DNA of 64,000 nt, from the NCBI GenBank assembly GCA_965261735.1, contig OZ253470.1, forward strand, positions 1,600,001 to 1,664,000, written 5' to 3'. Below, piece by piece: positions 31,229 through 40,203 of the stretch. The notes under the pieces were generated by a model, which was not told the DNA's origin, made no database searches, and saw nothing but the letters and a program-made list of their open reading frames with translations. Within the stretch, counting starts at the first letter, position 1; each line of letters starts with the position of its first letter. Both the position numbers and the translations under genes were made by a program. Source of the stretch: Alphaproteobacteria bacterium (GTDB lineage: Bacteria; Pseudomonadota; Alphaproteobacteria; SHVV01).

Positions 31229-31565
31229 GCGCCGCTCCCGTCACACGAGAGCGCAACCCATAGACGCCCGATTCTATGGAGTCAAGAGACGATCAACGAC
31301 GCGGCGGCGGAAACCCGGCCCCGGCGACCACCTACATCATCCTCTCGCGGTCAGGAGCGGGGTACCTGGGTAGTTACACTCGAACGCTACCTCGAAACCA
31401 TGGCGGAGGCCGGTCTGTCGGAGGTCCTGCTGCCGACCCTGCGGGGCGAGGCCGACGGTCGGCTATGGCGTTCGGTGCCAAACCGGCGTTGGTATTCCAA
31501 GCAACGGGGCGAGACGCCTGGCAGCCACGAGGTCGTGCTGATCCACCGCAAGACGGAGGATGCCG

Positions 31566-33600
31566 TTACGCAGCCTCGCCAGCAGTCGCGGACAGAGGCT
31601 CGGCCATCCCAGTGATCCGAGAGAGGCTGTCGACGAGCGGCAGCAGGAACGGAGCGATTGCGCTCGTCACCTCTGCCACCATTTCCCGCACATCCGGCCT
31701 CTGATCCTCCTCCTGTTTGTCTTCGGCCGGCTGCTCCTGCTTGCGGGCCTCGAGGTCGTGCCGGATCACCGCAAGCGCAATCAGCGTCATACCGAACTTG
31801 TAGCGGTCGCGGATCTCGTGCACCCGCCGCGGTTTCTCCTTTACCGCCTGCTCGATGAAGACGTTGTTCATGTTGATCGCATAGTCGAACCTTGCCGGTT
31901 AACGCCCATGACCGCTACATGTAGGGTGCCGCCACTCTCCCGAGTAAAGCTCGGCATAGGTTGGAGCAGAGGTGTCGCCCGCGATGCCGAGCAATGAGCG
32001 GAAGGCGTTGAACGGGTAGAACCGCCTGTTGAATAGGTGCTGGTGGCTAACGCCGTGGTGAGATACCGATCAGCCACGTCTTCAGGTTGGCGAAAACCAG
32101 ATGGATGATCGGCAGGTATTGCTCGGCAACCTCTGGATCACCACACTCGGCAACAGCGAAGTGCTCATAGCCGCGCTTACCGAGGCCAGCATAGCCGCTC
32201 CAATCGTCAGTAACGATCAGCGATCGCGGCGCGACGGTGCTCTCGACGAACCCACAGAGCGACTCGGCGCTACGGTCGAGCACGACGGCGAGCCGAACGC
32301 GTCCGGCATAGCGTCCGTCTTTCCGGTTGTCGAGCTTGGTGCCCGGCTTTCGATGACGCACCTCGATGGCACAGGAGACGGGAACCTTGTGGTGAACACC
32401 ACGGCCTTCCCCACGCGTTCGCCCGCCAACCCAGGTTTCGTCCACCTCAACATGGTTCTTGGGCTGTCCACCGATCCTGTCTTGGTTGGGCCGCACCATG
32501 CCCGAGCGGAGCTTGTGGAGAATTTGAAAGGCCGTCTCGTAGCGCGAAAGACCAAGTTGCCGCTGAAACTGCACGGCGGACATGCCGGGCGTCTGACTGG
32601 CGACCAGATAAGCGGCCCAGAACCAGACGTTCAGCGGAGTGTGGCTACGCTCCATCACTGTTCCCACCGTCAGCCCGGTGTTCTGGCGGCACTTGCGGCA
32701 GCGCAGGACGCCAGGGCGGTTTTCAAAGTGGAACGGCTCTCCCGCCGTGCCGCAGTGCGGGCAGGCAAAGCCGTCTCCCCAGCGGGCTTTCTCCAGGTAG
32801 GCGGCGCAGGCCGCATCATCGGGGAAAAGTCGCTGGAACTCGGGTAGCGAATGCGGGAATGGGAGATCGGCGCGGTCGAGAACATCCATGGCGCGCTCCC
32901 CTATATCCGGGTTGCGCCCATTCTAGCCCTAGTGGGTGTGGGTGTAAACCGGATAGGCAAGCGCCGAACACCGCCGAGTTCTCGTCGGTGCCAGGTGGCC
33001 GCTTGATCCACATTGCGGTGAACTTGTCGAAGACTGGGTCCCGGGTGCCCCAGTCCTTCTCCCAGACCTCAACCGGGGTGGGCACAGCCAAACGCGTGTC
33101 GTCCTGCGCGTCCTTGCCGGTATCCGATCCCGGCTTATCCGGCTTAGGCAGCGGTGGCTTCGGCGTCGGCGGCTGCGCCTCGCGTTTCGCCTTCACCGCC
33201 AGCATAAAGCGATTGACGAACGGCTCGATACGGCTCGGGTCCATGACGTACGCTTCGTACACCATGATATCGTCGATCTCCGCTTCCGGCGGCAGGGACA
33301 TCGACAGCGTGAATTTGCCCTCGAACAGGGTGGGGCTGCGCCAGTTCTTGGCCGGCATGAACTCGCCATCGACCACTTGGAACAGTTTCATCTGGCCGGG
33401 TTGCTCGTCGCGCTTGAAGTAGTCGTTCTCGGCGTCGGTGACAAATGCGATGCGGGTCTGCGAATTGATGTGCGCATCACGCTGCAATCCCTTTCCGGGC
33501 TCACGGTCCTTGAAGTGGAATTTGCTCGGGAACCGTACGCCCTCCCATTCCTTCTCGACCGCTTCGACGGCGTAGGGCTTGGATGGGTTGGCGATGCGGA
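31566..33600 (-). pseudogene. C-terminal part of a large hypothetical protein split by IS1595
   Basis: ...KRPPGTDENSAVF | DYAINMNNVFIEQAVKE...RYKFGMTLIALA...VTSAIAPFLLPLVDSL continues across the IS. Confidence 0.7.
31891..32961 (-). mobile_element. IS1595 copy 4, degenerate
   Basis: Reverse complement of copy 1 with a frameshift near 32060, a ~30-bp deletion near 32033 and a 5-bp deletion in the right IR. Confidence 0.93.
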
Positions 33601-33778
33601 AGCCTCCACGATCCTTTAGGTACACTGCCGCAGAACAGAACCGCGAGAATAGCCGAGCAGTCGTCTCATCGAGATCCTTCAAAATACCTAGCGTTCGCAT
33701 CGACGTCGTTTCGGGCTCTCGCACCTGTCCTGCCAGCACTCGAGTCCACAAGGCCTGCATCTCCTCAGACGACACATC
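33601..33778 (-). pseudogene. DUF2806-like internal fragment
   Basis: DVSSEEMQALWTRVLAGQVREPETTSMRTLGILKDLDETTARLFSRFC. Confidence 0.7.
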
Positions 33779-35908
33779 CGGCCAGGGCACCTACGAGGTC
33801 GAGGTGATGGACACCTCGCCGCCGATCGTGGCGCCGGACCCGGATCCCGAGGATCCGCCGGTCACGCAGGAGCAGGTTCAGCAGCAGCCTCCGGCATTTG
33901 GCTCTCAGTTGTACGGTTTCGAACTCCCGGAGAACACGGACGGCAGCGCGAACCGGATATCGCTGGGCACGGTCCTGGCGACGGATCCGGACGGCGGTTC
34001 GGTGACCTACAGCATCGAAGGCGGCAACGCGGCGGGGCTGTTCGAGATCGACGCGGCCAGCGGCGAGCTGTTCTACACGGGCGGGGGCGAGGACTACGAC
34101 ACCGGTTCCACCAGCTTCGAGCTGACTGTCCGGGCGAGCGACGGGGATCAGACGACCGACACCACCGTGGCAGTCAACGTCACTGACGTGGATGAGCCGG
34201 TGGTGGTCGATCCGCCGGTTACGCAACCGGATCAGAGTACGCCGCAGACGGTATCGGAACCTTCCGGAGAGGACTTCTCGGCGGGTACCTCCGCTAGCGG
34301 GCGGGTGGCGGTCGGCGACACGGCCACGGGCAACATCGGGAGCAATGGCGACCGCGACTGGTTTGCGGTCGAGCTGGTGGCGGGCCGGACCTACGTCATC
34401 GATCTGAGAGGCAGCCCCACGGACGACGGCACGCTGAGCGATCCCTATCTGCGCGGCGTCTACGATGCAGACGGCAATCTCATTCCGCGTACGACGAACG
34501 ACGACGGGGGCCAGGGCTACAACAGCCGGGTGACCTTCACGGCAACCGAGAGCGGGACCCACTACATCGCGGCGGGGGCCTATTTCGGCCAGGGCACCTA
34601 CGAGGTCGAGGTGACGGACACCTCGCCGCCGATCATGGCGCCGGACCCGGATCCCGAGGATCCGCCGGACAGGCAGGAGCAGGTTCAGCAGCAGCCACCG
34701 GCATTCGGCTCTCAGTTCTACGCCTTCGATCTGGCGGAGAACACGGACGGCAGCGCGGACCGGATGTCGCTGGGCACGGTTTCGGCGACGGATCCGGACG
34801 GCGGTTCGGTGACCTACAGCATCGAGGGCGGCAACGGGTCGGGGCAGTTCGAGATCGACGCGGCCAGCGGCGAGCTGTTCTACACGGGGGGGGCGAGGAC
34901 TACGAGACCGGTTCTACCAGCTTCGAGTTGACCGTCCGGGCGAGCGACGGGGATCAGACGACCGCCACGTCCGTGACCGTCAATGTCACGGACGTGGCGG
35001 AAGCACCGGCATTTGGGCAGGCGGGCCACGCCTTCGATCTGGCCGAGGACACGGACGGCAGCACGAACCGAATATCGCTGGGCACGGTCTCGGCGACGGA
35101 TCCGGACGGCGGGTCTGTGACCTACAGCATCGAGGGCGGCAACGCGGCGGGGCTGTTCGAGATCGACGCGGCCAGCGGCGAGCTGTTCTACACGGGCGGG
35201 GGCGAGGACTACGAGACCGGTTCCACCAGCTTCGAGCTGACTGTCCGGGCGAGTGACGGCGATCAGACGACCGACACCACCGCGACCGTCAGCGTCACCG
35301 ACGTGGATGAGCCGGTGGAGGTCGATCCACCTGTTGCGCAACCGGATCAGAGTACGCCGCAGACGGTCTCGGAACCTGCCGGAGAGGACTTCTCGGCGGG
35401 CACCTCCGCGAGCGGGCGGGTGACGGTCGGCGACACGGCCACGGGCAACATCGGGAGCAACGGCGACCGCGACTGGTTCGCGGTCGAACTGGTGGCGGGC
35501 CGGACCTACGTCATCGATCTGAGAGGCAGCCCCACGGACGACGGCACGCTGAGCGATCCCTATCTGGGCGGCATCCACGATTCCGACGGCAATCTCATTC
35601 CGCATACGACGAACGACGACGGGGGCCAAGGCTACAACAGCCGGGTGACCTTCACGGCAACCGAGAGCGGGACCCACTACATCGCGGCGGGCGCGGCGGG
35701 GGTCTTTTCCGGCCGGGGCACCTACGAGGTCGAGGTGACGGACACCTCGCCTCCGATCGTGAGGCTGGACGCGTATGCCGGGGATCCGCCGGGCACTAGG
35801 GATTCGGACGCGGTGCGCGAAGGTGCGGTCGACTACTACCGATACGGGGTGACGGCAGCCGACCCCGCGGCCGTCCAGTCCCTGGAAGAAGTGATTGATG
35901 TGATCTGA
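33779..35908 (+). pseudogene. Repetitive surface protein with cadherin-like and PPC domains; 5' end lost, frameshift at ~34890
   Basis: Three cadherin-like repeats (F.L.E.TDGS...ATDPDGGSVTYSI...FEIDAASGEL...LTVRASDG) and two PPC-like repeats (GDRDWFAVELVAGRTYVIDL...NDDGG...GTHYIAAGA). Confidence 0.85.
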
Positions 35909-35954
35909 GGCCGAAGGTTGGCGGCGGTTGTCACCGGACTCTTCTGTGGGCGAT

Positions 35955-37388
35955 CTGCACCATCTCGCTCCTGATCTGGATGCGCTTCGAAGATGACTCG
36001 CTCGATTTCTCGCAACAACTCGTCGGTCATGCCGCCCGACGAGCACAGCTCCTCAACAAACTGTTGCGACAGGTATTGCACGCGAGCATAGCTCATCGGT
36101 CCATTAGCATCGGAGCCGTTGAGGCATCGGGTAATCGGATCGCCAGCCGCCCATGTGATCTTCACTTTACCGTCGGCGAGCAACGACTGTGCTCTGACGA
36201 GGAACGAAGGGTTTGCGGCTTCAACGCCCGCCCACGCCTCCTCCGATATGGAATCGCCGCCGGCCGCGGTCACGTCTGCGAGCGCCGTCTTGCCCGATCC
36301 CCTAGCCCCAATGATTGCGACCAGGCCGGCATTGAGTGGGTTACGGGTGTCTGCATCCAAGGCGAGTCGATTACTTCGATTTCAGAAATGACCTGCGAAG
36401 GTGTCGCCAAGGACGGTGGCTCCGCGCCGACATAGGACCGGCCGCGAGGATCGATGCAAGCCTGTCGGAGCGAGTCAAATTCCAGCTCATCCTTTATCCA
36501 AGAGAACCGGTCGCCGAACGGCATTGCGACATCGTCCAGCATGTGAGCGTCGCTGCCGTGCAGGCAGGGCTTCAAGCCCCCATAACGGGTGCGGATTTCC
36601 TCCGGGTTCAAATCCCGCCCTCCGAGCCAGAAGTCGCGCTGCGCCTGACTGCTCGCGAAGATCACGTCCGCGAAGCTTTCGATCTCTCTACGCAATGTTT
36701 GGTCGGCGGCTTCCCTGACGCCGGACGTCCCGTCGTTTGCGCCTCCTGCAACGGGATCGTGTCCCGCGGAGTGGTGTAAGAGCGTTGCGCTCTACGCGGC
36801 TCCCGGCGGGTAGGGCCGGGACGTTCAGGCTGCCACGGTGGGCAGCGTGATGGGGACACCATCGCTCAGCGGAGCGATGGATTCCAGCGTCATGTATCTC
36901 CTTGAGACGGCCCACTCGTCGTTCTGCTCGAGAAGGATGGCGTCGACGATCGTCGGATCGGCTTTCTTGCTGAGGCGTATGAGCTCCGCACGCGTACAGT
37001 CGAAGCGATCCTGCTGTACGGTGAAGTGTAGGCGCGACAAGAGACGTTGCAGCTCAGCAACATGGTCCGGATCTTCGGGACTGACAATCAGGTGCAGGTT
37101 TACGAAACTACCCTTCGCCGTTGCCACGTCGACTCTAACTTCGACGTTTGGAAAGATGAGTCTCGCCGACGGCAACCGTCCAGCCCGTTTGTAGTCTAAA
37201 ACCCGCTCATACGTTTATGTAACGTAATAGTCGGTAACCGCGATTGCCTCGATGTGGGGTATCGCCGCTTCGAGCGCCGATAGATAGTCCTCCCACGCTG
37301 TGGGCCCCTTGAACTGATTGTTCATCACCGTACCTGGCGCGTGAATATGCGGCTCCCAACGGCACCATTCGGATCCTCAGCTAATCAT
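35955..37388 (-). pseudogene. PHP-domain plus ABC-type ATPase (TrlF/Ppl-like) pseudogene
   Basis: MIS*GSEWCRWEPHIHAPGT...AVTDYY...NVEVR...NLHL...KPCLHGSDAH...FSWIK...VAIIGARGSGKTALAD...YLSQQFVE; two stops, a frameshift, an IS scar and 3' truncation. Confidence 0.85.
36755..36945 (-). mobile_element. IS256 3' remnant identical to 20180-20365
   Basis: Direct sequence identity including the IR GATCGTGTCCCGCGGAGTGGTGTAA. Confidence 0.92.
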
Positions 37389-37528
37389 GTTTCCCCTTTA
37401 TCCGCCTTCCCTTAGTCGACAAGTCGATGGAGAGCCACGAAGTCGCTCGTGCTATAGTTTACGAGCCAGCCTTTCGCGCATACCGGTGTCAATGTCCGCT
37501 GCAGCAAGCATGACGGTCGGCGCCTTTG

Positions 37529-38392
37529 TCACCATGAAATCTCGAAGCGTTCCTTTATGACCGGCATCCTGCCCCAGGGCTCGCCGGGCAACCGATCGAC
37601 AAGGATCGTGAACACTCGGCGAAACGAAGCCGCTGTCGACTCTTCGGTCAGGGCTTCCGCCTGGGCGGCCGGCAGCAACGGGCGGATGTCGAACAAGAAG
37701 CGCGGATTGGCGAGCTTGGCGAACATGCGCTCCTGGGCTTGGGCTCGAGAGATGGTCTGGCCGGAAAGGCCGAGATACCGCGCGAACATTTCGATGATGC
37801 GGTCGACATTGAGGTCCTCGAAGACCTCCAGAGCGTGCGCGAGGTCATAGAGGTCGCGCCCCTTGTCGCGTTGCAGCAGCGCGCGAAGCTTGGTCGCCAG
37901 CATCTCCTCGCGAGAAAATGTCGAAATGTCCGCCTTACCCGAAAACCACGGATTCTCGATCTCCAGCGGCAACGACGCTGAACCATCGAAAGCTTGGATC
38001 TCGCGGGTGTTGATCTCGATCTTTAGCCGGATCGGTACGCCGCTGCCGTCCTCGGCCTCTACCCGGAAGCGAAACTTCGGTGCCACAGGACTCTGATCGA
38101 ACTGCGCGCGCCCCAGCCAAGGTTCCAGAATGACGCGCAACCGATCGAGGATCGAACCGATCGGCCCGGCCGACGTGCGCACCAGGTCGATATCCTCCGA
38201 ATAGCGCAGCGGCGCCGGAAAGTGCAGCTTGTTGAGCGCCGTTCCACCACGAATTCGCAACGCGTCGCGCAACACTTCGTCCGAGAAGATATCCACCACA
38301 GCACGGCCGATGATGAGGTCCTGCTCTACCTGTCGCTGGTCGGCCCAGGGAACGGCATTGCCCCAGGCCACGATGTTCTGCGCCGGAATCAT
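37529..38392 (-). CDS. abiEii: AbiEii/AbiGii-family nucleotidyltransferase toxin
   Basis: QVEQDLII, RGGTALNKLH, RYSEDIDL, LKIEIN, ATKLRALLQRDKGRDLYDL. Confidence 0.92.
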   Translation of the reverse strand: MIPAQNIVAWGNAVPWADQRQVEQDLIIGRAVVDIFSDEVLRDALRIRGGTALNKLHFPAPLRYSEDIDLVRTSAGPIGSILDRLRVILEPWLGRAQFDQSPVAPKFRFRVEAEDGSGVPIRLKIEINTREIQAFDGSASLPLEIENPWFSGKADISTFSREEMLATKLRALLQRDKGRDLYDLAHALEVFEDLNVDRIIEMFARYLGLSGQTISRAQAQERMFAKLANPRFLFDIRPLLPAAQAEALTEESTAASFRRVFTILVDRLPGEPWGRMPVIKERFEISW

Positions 38393-39216
38393 GCGTCGAC
38401 CTGCGGCACGCGTCGCACGATGATGCACCATCGCAGATCGCGCTGGCGCGGCTCAGGCGCGAAGTCAGGATCCCGTGCCTCCTGCCGGTCGAGCTCAGTC
38501 CAGGGTAGCGATCCTCGTGTCCGCAGCGTGTCCAGCATCGGTCCCGTCAGGGCGTCATGGCCGAGATGCTCCAGCAGATACCCAAGACGCTGCACGACCG
38601 GCCGCTCCGCCCGAGCCGACAGGGTGGCGAGTTGCTCCGGGTCGATCTTCTGCCCGAGGTCCGAGAGGACCGTAGCGACATTGTCGATGCCGGCCGATGC
38701 CTGCGGATAGCGTAGCAGGTCAAGGGCGGTCAAAGCGGCCGACGAGATCTTCATCGTACCGGTATCGGTCTTGCGGTCCTCGACCCCCGCCCTCACCGCT
38801 TCCATGTCCTTGCGGAAATAAAAGACGATCAGGCTGCGGCCGGCGCGGATCCTTGGCAGGCGCTTCGCCGTGACGACCTGAAACTCCATGACGGCCTGAT
38901 GCGTCGCACCGTGTAGCTCCGCAGCCTTCAGAAGCCCCACGTAATAGGCCGGATCCTCACGGAGCATGAGCGCATCGATGTACCAAGTCGGTGGCGGCGC
39001 CCCCCATGACGCATATTGCGGCGGGACGACGACATAGAAGCCTTGCCGCGGGTTCAGCAGCGCTTCGCGGCGTTGCAACCTTTCAGCGGCATCCAGGAAC
39101 GCGCCGTGCCCGACGCCAAGCGCCTGCTCGGCCTCCTCGGCGGTGAAAACCGTCCTACCAGCGGAGAGCAGACCGCTGACATAGCTTGACAGGGCGGATC
39201 GCCGATCATGAATCAT
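38389..39216 (-). CDS. abiEi: AbiEi-family antitoxin
   Basis: GRTVFT, GFYVVVPPQY, YYVGLLKAAELHGATHQAVMEFQV, TALDL, QRLGYLLE; ATGA overlap with the toxin gene. Confidence 0.9.
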   Translation of the reverse strand: MIHDRRSALSSYVSGLLSAGRTVFTAEEAEQALGVGHGAFLDAAERLQRREALLNPRQGFYVVVPPQYASWGAPPPTWYIDALMLREDPAYYVGLLKAAELHGATHQAVMEFQVVTAKRLPRIRAGRSLIVFYFRKDMEAVRAGVEDRKTDTGTMKISSAALTALDLLRYPQASAGIDNVATVLSDLGQKIDPEQLATLSARAERPVVQRLGYLLEHLGHDALTGPMLDTLRTRGSLPWTELDRQEARDPDFAPEPRQRDLRWCIIVRRVPQVDA

Positions 39217-39223
39217 ATCCCAC

Positions 39224-39305
39224 TATCCGCTTAGTATACGGATATATCAACATATATTACATATAATCTGGTCTAGTGACGAACTATCCGAATATAGTAC
39301 GGACA
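39224..39305. promoter_or_regulatory. Two palindromic operator-like sites in the AT-rich abiE promoter
   Basis: TATCCG-N9-CGGATA (39224-39244) and TATCCG-N9-CGGACA (39285-39305). Confidence 0.65.
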
Positions 39306-39624
39306 ATACAGCACGATTTGCCCATCTAAACATCGTGGCTTCATCGACCGCTGATGTCATCAGTTCTCCGCTTCGGTCAGGTCCGTCTTGTTGACCGGAG
39401 TCGAGTGTCGCCCTTGGACGGTCGGGTGGAGTCAAAGCATTAGCGTGCCGATCGGCATCGATCCGGCACTCAGATCAATACGCCGGTCTGGCGCACACTA
39501 CCAATCACCGTGCCATAAGCGCCTCGGGTACGCCGGGACTAGTTCCTCAGAATACCAACGGGCTCAACAAGGAGGTGGCCCGGCGAAACAAGGCGATCGG
39601 CGAACTACCAGCAAGAGGCGCCCG

Positions 39625-39752
39625 AGCGCTGCTGCCTGATCACCACCGCCGCCGCCCGGCAGCGGCCCGAGCTGCGGGCGTTCCGGGCATGGATCCTGCG
39701 CGAGGCCGCGCTGCCGCCGCCCGCCGCCGCCGGCTTCCCGAGCCAGCCCTGA
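39625..39752 (+). pseudogene. LysR-type regulator C-terminal remnant
   Basis: LITTAAARQRPELRAFRAWILREAA*. Confidence 0.5.
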
Positions 39753-39771
39753 CCCGGGGCGCCGCGTTCCT

Positions 39772-40149
39772 TCAGCGCGCCGGTCCGTCCGGCGCTTCCG
39801 AGAGCCATGGCCCCAGGCTGTCGCCATAGGCAAAGAGCGCCGGCTGGCCGCCGGTGTGGATGAACAGCACCCGGCTGCCCGCCGCGATCCGCCCCGAACG
39901 CACATGCGCAATCAGCCCCGCCATCGCCTTCCCCGTGTAGACCGGGTCGAGCAGCAGCCCCTCCTGGCGCGCCGCCACGGCCATTGCCTCGCCCACGGCG
40001 TCGTTGAGTCTGCCATAGCCCGGCCCGAGCACCGCGTCGGAGACCTCGACGCCGCCCGCATCGAACGCATCCGGGCGTTCGATCATCGCCGCGAGCGCGG
40101 TCGCCACCCGCGCCACCCGGGCGGCCTGGCCCACAGCATCACGGCGCAC
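39772..40149 (-). pseudogene. D-cysteine desulfhydrase/ACC deaminase family C-terminal remnant
   Basis: LGPGYG, ARQEGLLLDPVYTGKAMAGL, VLFIHTGGQPALFAY. Confidence 0.88.
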
Positions 40150-40203
40150 GCCCCGCCGGTATGGAGCCGGCGGGGCGTTGTTGTGAGGGAAGAACGCGGT
40201 GGA

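Larger units (their letters stand above)
28947..31377 (-). mobile_element. IS66-family element (single-transposase type) with passenger methyltransferase
   Basis: Perfect 14-bp IR GTAACTACCCAGGT / ACCTGGGTAGTTAC; 8-bp TSD ACTCGAAC at 28939-28946 and 31378-31385. Confidence 0.95.
28841..31615 (+). pseudogene. C-terminal remnant of a putative DNA methyltransferase, split by IS66
   Basis: Removing IS66 and one TSD restores FDNIYATMLSVAALADENTTIVQMVAFSDHSWQLERYLETMAEAGLSE...RLWRSVPNRRWYSKQRGETPGSHEVVLIHRK; family call is from recollection only, and catalytic motifs are not in the window. Confidence 0.5.
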
